From contig DMXO01000004.1 of assembly GCA_003482855.1 (NCBI GenBank), positions 1-56,223 on the forward strand: a stretch of DNA of 56,223 bases. The letters are read 5' to 3'. This DNA comes from Candidatus Magasanikiibacteriota bacterium. Lineage in GTDB: Bacteria > Patescibacteriota > Patescibacteriia > Magasanikbacterales > UBA922. Under the pieces are notes generated by a model. It saw nothing but the letters and a program-made list of their open reading frames with translations, was not told the DNA's origin and made no database searches. Positions 1 to 9,045 of the stretch are shown one piece after another (positions within the stretch are counted from its first letter, which is position 1; the number at the start of each line of letters is the position of its first letter). The translations under genes and the position numbers were made by a program.

Positions 1-5
1 TGCAT

Positions 6-812
6 ATGGTGAAGTGTTTGTGTCATGGTGGCGCAAAAAGTGGGAGTGATCAAAGTTGTCAATATTATGAAGATGCACAGTTGGATTTTGATAGAACTTC
101 TGAAACTGAAGAAGCATTCCAAACTAAATATGCAACAAAATGTAATTCGTTCAATGATGCGGCGAAAAAATGTAGTGTTATTTCTGGATATACCAAAGAT
201 TCACAGGCAACTTCTGATCTCCCAGTATTGCCTGCATGCAACACTGATATAGATACAGCAAATACTGATTGCCCAAGTTTAAATGACCGAGGCAAAGATG
301 CCTGCGATATGAATACTCTTTGTTTTTGGTCAGAAAAGCTTAAATGTGTAAGTAAATTTGACGGAGGTATATGCAAAGATTTGACTGAAGAAGAATGTAA
401 AAAATCTGAAAATTGTGGGTGGAGTCCTGACCAAAAAACGTGCGTATCAAAAAGTTCTGCAGTCGTAGATGCGTATTTGAAAGATAAGTATGCTGTTCCC
501 CCTGGTTACAATGGCCCGTTGCCCCCCTGTGCTTTTTCCGGTACGTGCAATGATGTGAACCAACTGCTCGAAGTCTTTCTCAATTATGCGCGCATGATAT
601 TGGCAGGTGTAGCTGGTTTTGCTTTTGCCTTTTTTGCATACGGCGGATTTCTCATGATTTTCTCATTTGGTAATGCAGAACGAGTCAAGAAAGGACAACA
701 GGTACTTGTTGCTGCGGTTGTGGGTCTTGCAATTGTGTTTAGCGCATATATCATTGTCAATTTTGTACTTGATGCGCTTGGGGTAGAGGAATCATTTAGA
801 GGAATCACATAA
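6..812 (+). CDS. VirB2/TrbC-like (CPR-type) pilin with Cys-rich N-terminal region; may be 5'-truncated by the window edge
   Basis: C-terminal two-TM pilin core (YGGFLMIFSFGNAERVKKGQQVLVAAVVGLAIVFSAY); many Cys upstream. Confidence 0.8.
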   Translation: MVKCLCHGGAKSGSDQSCQYYEDAQLDFDRTSETEEAFQTKYATKCNSFNDAAKKCSVISGYTKDSQATSDLPVLPACNTDIDTANTDCPSLNDRGKDACDMNTLCFWSEKLKCVSKFDGGICKDLTEEECKKSENCGWSPDQKTCVSKSSAVVDAYLKDKYAVPPGYNGPLPPCAFSGTCNDVNQLLEVFLNYARMILAGVAGFAFAFFAYGGFLMIFSFGNAERVKKGQQVLVAAVVGLAIVFSAYIIVNFVLDALGVEESFRGIT

Positions 813-921
813 CTACGCATAACACATGACATAGATAACATGACTGACAGCCCGTAACTCATTAATAATGTGTCATGTTATCTGAGTTATGAGTCATATT
901 TTGAGTTATTATTTACGTTTT

Positions 922-1464
922 ATGTTACACAAAAATATTTTTATTGGGATAATTATCGCTTTGAGCTTCAGTCTGTTTGTATTCACCACGCCTCAAGCAA
1001 AAGCAGAGGGTGAATGGTGTCTCACTCCAGAAAAGACTTGTGTAAAAGGTGCGGGTGGACCATGTGCAGGATCTACCTATGCAAGTGAAGCGGAATGTAC
1101 CGCTGCAAAGGCCGCAACAACAGGGGGGGCGACTGCTGCTACACCGGCAGCAGACACACCTGCGAAGACAGACACAAGCTATGAATGCAAAGAGCCAGAC
1201 TGCACGTCTCTCAAAAATCCTTTGGGGGAGGTTAAAATGCTCCCTATAGTGTTTGGGAATATTATCCGCGCGCTTACGGGTATCATGGGGTCTGCAGCAT
1301 TGCTCGTCTTTGTGTATGGCGGTGTGATGTGGCTCATATCTGGCGGCAATGCAGAGCGAGTGAAAGCTGGTACACAGGCAATGATATGGGCAGTCATTGG
1401 AATTATTGTAGTTTTTAGCAGTTATGCTATAATTAGTTTAGTTTTAAAGGCTCTCGGAGTCTAA
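922..1464 (+). CDS. VirB2/TrbC-like pilin with small Cys-containing N-terminal domain (alternative start 889)
   Basis: Signal-peptide-like N-terminus; core YGGVMWLISGGNAERVKAG...W AVIG motif. Confidence 0.8.
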   Translation: MLHKNIFIGIIIALSFSLFVFTTPQAKAEGEWCLTPEKTCVKGAGGPCAGSTYASEAECTAAKAATTGGATAATPAADTPAKTDTSYECKEPDCTSLKNPLGEVKMLPIVFGNIIRALTGIMGSAALLVFVYGGVMWLISGGNAERVKAGTQAMIWAVIGIIVVFSSYAIISLVLKALGV

Positions 1465-1512
1465 ATAATGTTATGGTAACAATTATCTTACATTTGAAGG
1501 GAGGTGATACGC

Positions 1513-1956
1513 ATGTACTTGATGTATAAATTAGCACAATACAAAAAGGTGCTCGCTATTGTGTTTATATTTGCGCTTGGTCTTGTATTGTCACCTCAGT
1601 TGGTAGGCGCAGTAAGTGGAAGTGACCCATTTGGTGTCAAGGTTATCGAACAAGGTGATGGATCAGCAGGCAGTGCACTTTTGCTTGGCAGCCGTGACTT
1701 GAGAACAACCGCTACCAGTATTATCAATATTGCTTTGAGTTTACTTGGTATCGTGTCTGTTGTTATCGTGCTTATCGGTGGTTTTCGTTGGATGACTGCT
1801 GGTGGCAATGATGAAAAAGTTGCAGAAGCTCGCAAATGGATTTTCTCTGGTATTATTGGTCTTGCTATTGTCTTGTCAGCTTGGGCAATCGCTCGTTTCG
1901 TGTTGAAACAGCTTGCTACAGCTACAGACGTTACAGGAGCCTCTACCGCTTTCTAA
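1513..1956 (+). CDS. VirB2/TrbC-like pilin
   Basis: GGAGGTGA at 1500-1507 precedes ATG 1513; core GGFRWMTAGGNDEKVAEARK. Confidence 0.85.
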   Translation: MYLMYKLAQYKKVLAIVFIFALGLVLSPQLVGAVSGSDPFGVKVIEQGDGSAGSALLLGSRDLRTTATSIINIALSLLGIVSVVIVLIGGFRWMTAGGNDEKVAEARKWIFSGIIGLAIVLSAWAIARFVLKQLATATDVTGASTAF

Positions 1957-2077
1957 TATTAGAAAACTTTCTGATAAAGATATTAATATCTTTATCTCAT
2001 TCTCTTATCCCCGCGGGGGTAAGAGATAATCTGATAGACACTGTCATATTATCTCTTACTCTTCTCATATTATCCCT

Positions 2078-2509
2078 ATGCGCAAACAACATGTCAGGAC
2101 ATTTCTATTGTTGTGTCTTTTTTTGTTTTCTTTGTTTATTCCTCGTCTCGCTTATGGAGACGAGACTATGACCGCATATTGTGATGATGCCAATGACCCA
2201 CTCGGACTTGAGTGTGTGCGTGATAGTGGGCTGAGTGATCAGGATCCACGTATTGTCATTAGTCGTATTATCAATGTGAGTTTGGGATTGCTTGGCATCA
2301 TTGCTACAGTTCTTATTCTCTATGCTGGTTTCCGTTGGATGACGGCAGGAGGTAATTCAGAGAGTGTCGATACGGCACGTAAGACATTGTTTGCTGCAGT
2401 TATCGGTCTCATTATCATCTTGTCTGCATACGCCATTTCCAATTTTGTTTTGAGAAATTTGGCTCGAGCTACTACAGGTGTACAGTATGGCAATGATATA
2501 TTGCATTAA
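2078..2509 (+). CDS. VirB2/TrbC-like pilin
   Basis: Core YAGFRWMTAGGNSESVDTARK flanked by hydrophobic helices. Confidence 0.85.
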   Translation: MRKQHVRTFLLLCLFLFSLFIPRLAYGDETMTAYCDDANDPLGLECVRDSGLSDQDPRIVISRIINVSLGLLGIIATVLILYAGFRWMTAGGNSESVDTARKTLFAAVIGLIIILSAYAISNFVLRNLARATTGVQYGNDILH

Positions 2510-2521
2510 TCGCTATACTCT

Positions 2522-3310
2522 ATGAAACACAAACATATTTTTTATCTTCTCAGTGGCCTGTTTTTTGCAGGTGTTATATTGTTTGCTGGCACGCAAGTAC
2601 TTGCAGATGACTATGGACTAGGTGCAACAGCAGGGGCGGCAGGTCTCAACAAAGGAGATGTGCCGACAATCATAGGCAATGTCATAGGTACTGGTCTCTC
2701 ACTTATTTCAGTGCTGTTTTTTTTGCTTATGATATACGGGGGTATTCTCTGGATGACTGCTCGTGGCAAGGATGAACAAGCAAGCAAAGCGCTTGATACG
2801 ATTATCGCTGCTATCATTGGTATTGTTATTATTTTGGCAGCATACGCTATTACCAACTTCGTATTCAAGAGTGTGGGTGGCGGTGGCGCTACTGCAGGAG
2901 GCACGAGCGCTGGGTCAACCAGCAAAATGTTTAAAGTGTATGGAACTACATCTGAACACGGCTGTGATGATGGCACGTGTGATGGCGTACTGTGTGTTCA
3001 CTCGCCAGACACTACAAGTCCTTGCGCGGTTAACATACCAGAAGATACGTGTGTCGAATCTCTCAGTGAAAGCGATGGACAATGGCAGAAAGTGAAATAT
3101 TCTGGTACAGAAGGCTGGGCACATTCAAATTACTTGAATACAAGTCCAACAGATTGTGGAGAGACTGCTCCTGCTACTTGTACTGCTCCAGCAGCTTGTT
3201 CTGGTGCATCGGCTTCCGGAGGAACAAAAGCAGAAGATTACTGTATATGTATAGAAGATGGTGGAACATCCACAGATTGTGAGGAAGCCGCAGGATGTAC
3301 AGGAGATTGA
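2522..3310 (+). CDS. VirB2/TrbC-like pilin fused to C-terminal SH3b-like and Cys-rich domains
   Basis: Core YGGILWMTARGKDEQ; C-terminal GQWQKVKYSGTEGWAHSNYL matches the bacterial SH3 end pattern. Confidence 0.8.
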   Translation: MKHKHIFYLLSGLFFAGVILFAGTQVLADDYGLGATAGAAGLNKGDVPTIIGNVIGTGLSLISVLFFLLMIYGGILWMTARGKDEQASKALDTIIAAIIGIVIILAAYAITNFVFKSVGGGGATAGGTSAGSTSKMFKVYGTTSEHGCDDGTCDGVLCVHSPDTTSPCAVNIPEDTCVESLSESDGQWQKVKYSGTEGWAHSNYLNTSPTDCGETAPATCTAPAACSGASASGGTKAEDYCICIEDGGTSTDCEEAAGCTGD

Positions 3311-3321
3311 TGATTTTATTT

Positions 3322-3975
3322 ATGAAGAAGTTTTTTTTGATATTTTTTGTAAGCATCTTTTTAGGTGGGAGTTTGTTATGTGTTTTACCAGTTGAGGCAA
3401 AAAAAACTCTCAGTGACGCTAACTCAGCGCTAAGTACCGTGAGTGGCAAGACAGGTATCACCGAAGGTGAAGTGACGAGCATTGTCGGAAATGTTATCAA
3501 GGGTATATTGCTTATTTCAGGACTTATATTTTTTGTCCTCATGGTGTATGCAGGCCTCGTATGGATGACTGCACAGGGCAAAGATGAACAAGTAGAAAAG
3601 GGGCGCAAGACGCTTATTGCCGCGACTATTGGACTTGTGATAATTACCGGGTCATACGCACTTACCATCTTTGTGCAAAATATATTGCAAGCTAATTCAA
3701 CGACCCCGGGGGCTGATGTACCTGATACAGCAGGGGATGATTCACCGCTTGGTTGTTGCTATGATTGGGCAGCTGCCACGCAGGCAGGAGAGCTTACGGG
3801 TGGTATCAAGGCAAATAGAGGTATTGTAACAAGATTACAATGTGAATTAATGGGTACAGACAACCCCAGTGATCTTATTAATGACAAATGGGAATTTTAT
3901 GAAGGATGGGATGCAAAAAAGTGCGATGAAAATTTGTCTAGATGGTATCGGGATAATAAACCTATAGAAGAATAA
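3322..3975 (+). CDS. VirB2/TrbC-like pilin with C-terminal Cys-containing extension (alternative start 3310)
   Basis: Core YAGLVWMTAQGKDEQVEKGRK. Confidence 0.8.
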   Translation: MKKFFLIFFVSIFLGGSLLCVLPVEAKKTLSDANSALSTVSGKTGITEGEVTSIVGNVIKGILLISGLIFFVLMVYAGLVWMTAQGKDEQVEKGRKTLIAATIGLVIITGSYALTIFVQNILQANSTTPGADVPDTAGDDSPLGCCYDWAAATQAGELTGGIKANRGIVTRLQCELMGTDNPSDLINDKWEFYEGWDAKKCDENLSRWYRDNKPIEE

Positions 3976-3984
3976 TTATTTCTT

Positions 3985-4353
3985 ATGAGCATGAAGATAA
4001 AGTCAATGTATATTTTAGTAAGTTCTTTGTGTCTTTCGTTTGTAGCTACGGTCAAAGTTTATGCACAAGGCATAAATGATCCCAAACCTCTTGAGGATGT
4101 GGTAAAAAAGACAGGCCTTCAGAACAGTAGTAATATAGGTACTCTTGCAGGTTCATTTATCAATGCAGCTCTGAGTCTCGTAGGTATCATATTTTTGGTA
4201 CTTATGGTGTATGCCGGTGTCCTCTGGATGACTGCTCGTGGCGCAGATGAACAGATAGAGAAGTCAAAGAAAATTATTTATGCATCCATTATAGGACTTT
4301 TTATCACGGTAAGTGCATACGCTATTACTATTTTTGTTACCAAAAGATTTTAA
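3985..4353 (+). CDS. VirB2/TrbC-like pilin
   Basis: Core YAGVLWMTARGADEQIEKSKK. Confidence 0.85.
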   Translation: MSMKIKSMYILVSSLCLSFVATVKVYAQGINDPKPLEDVVKKTGLQNSSNIGTLAGSFINAALSLVGIIFLVLMVYAGVLWMTARGADEQIEKSKKIIYASIIGLFITVSAYAITIFVTKRF

Positions 4354-4363
4354 CTGTCTTTGT

Positions 4364-4756
4364 ATGAAACGTATTATAAATTTTCTTTTTTCTTTCATTT
4401 GTGTATGTATTTTTTGTGTGCCCGCGTATGTGTTTACGGTGGATTTGGGAGTGGAAAGCTATGTAACTGATGCTGGTAAAGCGGCTGGATATGATGTTGC
4501 CAATACTGATGAATTTTCTTTGTCAAAAAATATTGGGCAAGTAGTGAATATCGTGTTGTCCATCATTGGCGTGTTGTTCACCGTGCTCATGGTATACGCA
4601 GGGTATCTCTGGATGACTGCTCGTGGCGCAGATGAACAGATAGAGAAGGCAAAATCAATGATTACTGCTGCTATTATTGGTATTATTATTACACTCGGCG
4701 CATATAGTATCTCAGCATTTGTTGTGCCACGCATTTTGGCGAGTACTACGGTATAA
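4364..4756 (+). CDS. VirB2/TrbC-like pilin
   Basis: Core YAGYLWMTARGADEQIEKAK; ATG 4364 follows the upstream stop. Confidence 0.85.
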   Translation: MKRIINFLFSFICVCIFCVPAYVFTVDLGVESYVTDAGKAAGYDVANTDEFSLSKNIGQVVNIVLSIIGVLFTVLMVYAGYLWMTARGADEQIEKAKSMITAAIIGIIITLGAYSISAFVVPRILASTTV

Positions 4757-4759
4757 TGT

Positions 4760-5164
4760 ATGAAGTATTTTATTATTAGTTTCGTGTGTGTTGTAGGGAT
4801 TATAACCAGTCTATCTCCTGTTTTTGCTACTGATGTCAAAGATAAAGCTATAGAACAATTGCAAGCAGGTGGTGTACAGGCAGGCTATGGTGAGGAAGCT
4901 CAGGACCCTCGTGTCATTGCAGCTCGAGCGATTCAGATGTTTCTTGGTCTCATAGGCACTATATTCACGTTTTTGTTTGTATATTCTGGCTATCTTTTGA
5001 TTACGTCTCACGGCGAAGAAGACAAAATCACCAAAGCACGCAAGACTATGATGGGCGCAGTCATAGGATTGTTTGTTACACTGCTTGCTTTCAGTATTAC
5101 GTATTTTATTGGCACTCGCGTGCGTGAAGTCACCGGAGTCGGGTCATCTTCAATTATAGATTAA
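4760..5164 (+). CDS. VirB2/TrbC-like pilin
   Basis: Core YSGYLLITSHGEEDKITKARK. Confidence 0.8.
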   Translation: MKYFIISFVCVVGIITSLSPVFATDVKDKAIEQLQAGGVQAGYGEEAQDPRVIAARAIQMFLGLIGTIFTFLFVYSGYLLITSHGEEDKITKARKTMMGAVIGLFVTLLAFSITYFIGTRVREVTGVGSSSIID

Positions 5165-5171
5165 TGGGCAT

Positions 5172-5726
5172 ATGAAAGAATTTTTATATATATGTATAGT
5201 ATTTCTTGGATTATCTTTTTTTGTCCCGCAGATTGTACACGGAGAAGACGATGAGAATGTAGGAACTATTACTATGCCTAATATAGTATCTCAGATGCAA
5301 AATCAGAACCAGGCATTCGCAGGTGAAGATGGAGCAAATTTGGGTAATCCGTCAGATATACGTGTAATAGTTGCCCGCATTATCAAAATATTTTTGGGTC
5401 TTGTAGGGACACTTATGGTCATATATACGTTTTATGGAGGATTTCTATATATGACATCAGGAGGTGCTGAAGACAGGATAGAAAAGGGGCGCAAGATTAT
5501 TTTTTATGGGGTTCTAGGGAGTCTTATTGTTCTCATGTCATATAGTCTTGCATGGTTTGCGTATTATATTGCGTACAAAGGGGTTGAGCAAAATCCATAC
5601 GGCGGATTTTTCAACTGGGGCGTGTCTGTGGGCCCTGATACAAGCCAATTTTATCAGACTGATCCACTTGAGCAAAATACTGTGCCAGACCAATTACAAT
5701 TGGAAAATATGCTCAAAGGGAATTAA
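5172..5726 (+). CDS. VirB2/TrbC-like pilin with C-terminal extension
   Basis: Core YGGFLYMTSGGAEDRIEKGRK. Confidence 0.8.
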   Translation: MKEFLYICIVFLGLSFFVPQIVHGEDDENVGTITMPNIVSQMQNQNQAFAGEDGANLGNPSDIRVIVARIIKIFLGLVGTLMVIYTFYGGFLYMTSGGAEDRIEKGRKIIFYGVLGSLIVLMSYSLAWFAYYIAYKGVEQNPYGGFFNWGVSVGPDTSQFYQTDPLEQNTVPDQLQLENMLKGN

Positions 5727-5804
5727 GATGTATCGTATTAGAGACTTGGCCGTAGACGATGGCCAAGTTTTGTTTTTCAACATAGTTTGATACAATATAC
5801 ATGT

Positions 5805-6533
5805 ATGGAAAACAAAAAAATACTATTTTCTATTATTATACCTGCGTATAATGAAGAGCCTGTTATACAGGATTGTATCGTATCAATACAAAGCCAGACA
5901 GGAGATATACTGTATGAAATTATTGTTATTGATAATAATTCATCTGATCATACGAGAGATGTCGTGGGTAGGTATGCGGGAGTGAAGCTCATACAAGAAA
6001 AAAAACAAGGGGTTGGTGCAGCACGATACTCAGGGACGGCTATTGCACAAGGTGTGTTTGTTACTCATCTCGACGCAGATACACATTTGCCTCCAGATTA
6101 TCTCAAAAAAGTTTTTGATATATTTGAACATGATGCTAATTATGTCTGTGTCGGAGGACAGATGTTTTATTATGATGCTCCATGGTGGAAGAATATTATA
6201 AGGTATCCTGTTCATTGGGGATTTTGGTTCTTTGCACGTATTGTATCTCGTGGTACGGTTGGTCCTATGGGCAATAACATGACATTCAAAAAAGAGATAT
6301 ACGATAGGACTTCGGGATTTGATACAGATCTCCAATATGGAGAAGATATGGATTTGTGTCGCAAGCTGAGTGTGTATGGTAAAGTACGTCTTGATATGGG
6401 TCTTTCATGCCATGTCTCTATTCGTCGTTTTATGTTCAATAAGAAGCTGTTCGAATATTTTTTAAATTTTATGAAAATGTGTCTTGTTGGCAAGCCATAC
6501 AAAAATTCACTGCCTCATTCAAAAGATATATAA
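5805..6533 (+). CDS. Glycosyltransferase family 2
   Basis: SIIIPAYNEE, IIVIDNNSSD, HLDAD (DxD) and EDMDL motifs. Confidence 0.9.
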   Translation: MENKKILFSIIIPAYNEEPVIQDCIVSIQSQTGDILYEIIVIDNNSSDHTRDVVGRYAGVKLIQEKKQGVGAARYSGTAIAQGVFVTHLDADTHLPPDYLKKVFDIFEHDANYVCVGGQMFYYDAPWWKNIIRYPVHWGFWFFARIVSRGTVGPMGNNMTFKKEIYDRTSGFDTDLQYGEDMDLCRKLSVYGKVRLDMGLSCHVSIRRFMFNKKLFEYFLNFMKMCLVGKPYKNSLPHSKDI

Positions 6534-6549
6534 TTTAAATTATTTTAGT

Positions 6550-7731
6550 ATGATTAAAAAAATCATAATATTTATCAGCCTCGTATTTGTAAGTAGCATT
6601 ACTCTATTATCACAGGTGGATGCCGTGGGTTGCCCAGAATTGAATCCTGGAGATGTAGTAAAAGCGCAAAATGGTTCTGCCGTATATTTTATTACCGAGG
6701 ATTTGGAGAGTAAATATTATCCCAATGACGAAGTATATTTCACTTGGCATGATAGTTGGGATATCGTGAAATCTATTCAGGGTTCATGCCTTGATTTGTA
6801 TCCACTTGCCAATCCAGCTGGCATGACATATAGGCCAGGATCTCGTCTTGTGAAGCGCGTAGAGTCTCCCGCTATTTATGTTATTTTGTCTCAAGGTATC
6901 CGTTCAAAAGTGGCAGATCCTTCCATTCTCGAAGCACTGTATGGGTTTGCATGGGGCACGTTGGTGCGGGATGTGCCGTCGTATAACTGGTCTAATTATG
7001 CAAAAGGTTCTGACTTGGTGAGCGCGTCTCCTCACGATGGTCAACTATTAAAAATTTCTACACGTAATACTACATATTTTGTTGACAATGGAGGAATATA
7101 TAAGTTCGATGGAGATCTGGGTATCCTTGCCCAAGATATACGCACGGTTGACGAACACATATTTACGAGTTTACCTGAACGAGGACAGACAATTACCAAA
7201 GACGCTATCATTGCCAATTTACTTGGTACTTCAAGTGAGACAATAGATACGGTGCCAGACTCAAGTGTTGTTGAAAATCCATCAGTGGATATAGATACAG
7301 TCGTGATAGACAATAGTATTCCTTCAACTCCAGAAATTGACAATACTATTCCTGATTCACCTGCAAGTAACTTATATACGTTGAGTACATTGGAACAAGA
7401 GACTATCAACCAACTCAATGCATATAGGAAAGCCAATGATTTGGGGATAGTGGTCCATGACGATGCGCTGTATGAGTTGGCAAAAGAACACAGCCAGTAT
7501 ATGTATGATACAGATATTTTTGAGCATGTGGGGTTTGAGGATCGTTTCAATCGTGCGCAGAGGAATTTGTGTGTAGAAAATTTGGCGTGGAATTACCAGA
7601 GTGGATATGATGTTGTGTGGGTGGGATGGAAAAATTCACCAGGACATAATGTAAATATGTTGCAAAAAGATATCACCCATATAGGTTTGTCATGGGTAGG
7701 TCCTTATACAACCATGTTTGCATGTAAATAA
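6550..7731 (+). CDS. Secreted protein with repeated beta-rich N-terminal units and C-terminal CAP (SCP) domain
   Basis: Signal peptide; CAP pattern NAYRKANDL...AKEHSQYM...ENLAW...WKNSPGHNVNML. Confidence 0.8.
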   Translation: MIKKIIIFISLVFVSSITLLSQVDAVGCPELNPGDVVKAQNGSAVYFITEDLESKYYPNDEVYFTWHDSWDIVKSIQGSCLDLYPLANPAGMTYRPGSRLVKRVESPAIYVILSQGIRSKVADPSILEALYGFAWGTLVRDVPSYNWSNYAKGSDLVSASPHDGQLLKISTRNTTYFVDNGGIYKFDGDLGILAQDIRTVDEHIFTSLPERGQTITKDAIIANLLGTSSETIDTVPDSSVVENPSVDIDTVVIDNSIPSTPEIDNTIPDSPASNLYTLSTLEQETINQLNAYRKANDLGIVVHDDALYELAKEHSQYMYDTDIFEHVGFEDRFNRAQRNLCVENLAWNYQSGYDVVWVGWKNSPGHNVNMLQKDITHIGLSWVGPYTTMFACK

Positions 7732-7739
7732 TATATATT

Positions 7740-7766
7740 AAAATCAGGGTTCACTACCCTGATTTT
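7740..7766. terminator. Bidirectional intrinsic terminator between the CAP gene and tRNA-His
   Basis: AAAATCAGGGT / ACCCTGATTTT 11-bp inverted repeat with 5-nt loop. Confidence 0.75.
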
Positions 7767-7783
7767 GCTTGCAAGAAATACAT

Positions 7784-7859
7784 TGGGGTGGCCAACGGGA
7801 ATTGAACCCGTATTGTCGGTACCACAAACCGAAGTAATAACCTTTATACCATGGCCACC
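7784..7859 (-). tRNA. tRNA-His(GUG)
   Basis: Reverse complement folds as a cloverleaf: G-1, acceptor GTGGCCA/TGGCCAC, anticodon arm TCGGT-TTGTGGT-ACCGA, T-loop GGTTCAATTCC, encoded CCA. Confidence 0.95.
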
Positions 7860-7976
7860 ACAATATATTCCTTATAGAGATTTATATTTTGTAACGAAGG
7901 ATAGTATAGGAAAAATAAACTTATTTGTCAATAAAACCTCCCGAAAGGAGGTTTTATTTAGTATAATATTGATTGT

Positions 7977-8720
7977 CTACTTATTACCCATTCGTTCAAA
8001 TGCGCGTAATACTTCAAGAGGCATTGCAAATATCACTGTATTTGATTGGTCTGAGCTTAAATCGTTGATAGTGCTCAGTGTACGTAAATGTAAGGCTCCT
8101 GGAGAATGTGATAAGAGCTCAGCAGCTTTGGCAATATTTTCTGCGGCTTGCAGCTCACCACTTGCTTTGATAATGACTGATCGTTTTTCTCGCTCAGCTT
8201 CTGCTTGTTTTGCGATGACGCGTTGCATATCATCGGGCAAAGTCACATCTTTGAGTTCTACACTTTCGACTTTTATCCCCCATGGGTCAGTGGCCTTGTC
8301 TACGATCTCTTTTATTTTTTGTGCGGCTGCTTCTCTATTTGCCAAGAGTTCGTCAAGTTCAAGTTCACCTACTACATTACGCATCGTTGTCTGAGCAAGT
8401 TGACTCACTGCATACCAAAAATTTTCTACTTCAAGTATTGCTTTTGACGCATCGCTCACCTTGTAATATATAACAGCGTTTATTTTTGCTGAGATATTGT
8501 CTTTGGTAATAGCTTCTTGATAGGGGACATCAACAGCTTTTACACGCATATCTACTTTTATCATACTTTGGAACACAGGGACGATGAGACGCCAACCAGG
8601 ATTGACCACGCGGACGAATTTACCAAGTTGGAATTTAACGCCGCGTTGGTATTCATTTACCTGGCGGATGCTGATGAGCAATATGAATCCTACTATGATA
8701 AGTAGGGGTATTAATGCCAT
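7977..8720 (-). CDS. SPFH/band-7 (slipin/stomatin-like) membrane protein
   Basis: N-terminal TM; ITKDNISAKINAVIYYKV, AQTTMRNVVG, WGIKVESVELKDV and QAEAERE motifs. Confidence 0.9.
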   Translation of the reverse strand: MALIPLLIIVGFILLISIRQVNEYQRGVKFQLGKFVRVVNPGWRLIVPVFQSMIKVDMRVKAVDVPYQEAITKDNISAKINAVIYYKVSDASKAILEVENFWYAVSQLAQTTMRNVVGELELDELLANREAAAQKIKEIVDKATDPWGIKVESVELKDVTLPDDMQRVIAKQAEAEREKRSVIIKASGELQAAENIAKAAELLSHSPGALHLRTLSTINDLSSDQSNTVIFAMPLEVLRAFERMGNK

Positions 8721-8736
8721 ATTCTTATATTTAAGT

Positions 8737-8765
8737 ATAAAATCGCCTTTGTTAGGCGATTTTAT
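8737..8765. terminator. Hairpin downstream of the tRNA-Arg locus
   Basis: ATAAAATCGCCT / AGGCGATTTTAT 12-bp inverted repeat. Confidence 0.6.
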
Positions 8766-8825
8766 TATAGCAATTAGTCGAGCAGGTTGCAAGAAGCAAT
8801 TTTGACTCAAGATTTGGTTCTCATC

Positions 8826-8923
8826 TGTGTCCCGGCGAAGAATCGAACTTCGATCTAAAGCTTAGAAGGCTTCTATTCTATCCATTGTCAGCCCGAGGCT
8901 GATCCGCCTTTGGCGGAAACTAC
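8826..8923 (-). pseudogene. Interrupted near-duplicate of tRNA-Arg(UCU)
   Basis: 8826-8887 is identical to 8933-8994 (62 nt); then a 30-nt double-hairpin insert (8888-8917), AACTAC, and no 5' acceptor strand. Confidence 0.85.
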
Positions 8924-8934
8924 TCTATATTTTG

Positions 8935-9006
8935 TGTCCCGGCGAAGAATCGAACTTCGATCTAAAGCTTAGAAGGCTTCTATTCTATCCATTGAACTAC
9001 CGGGAC
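8935..9006 (-). tRNA. tRNA-Arg(UCU)
   Basis: Acceptor GTCCCGG/CCGGGAC; anticodon arm GAAGC-CTTCTAA-GCTTT; T-arm GAAGTTCGATTCTTC; CCA not encoded. Confidence 0.93.
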
Positions 9007-9045
9007 TTTTTACGTGGCTTATTTTAGCTCTTTTTTATTTATTTG

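Noticed and set aside
6-5726. Type IV (class III signal peptide) pilins
   Set aside because: No G|FTLxE prepilin motif; the hydrophobic core is internal or C-terminal, as in VirB2/TrbC.
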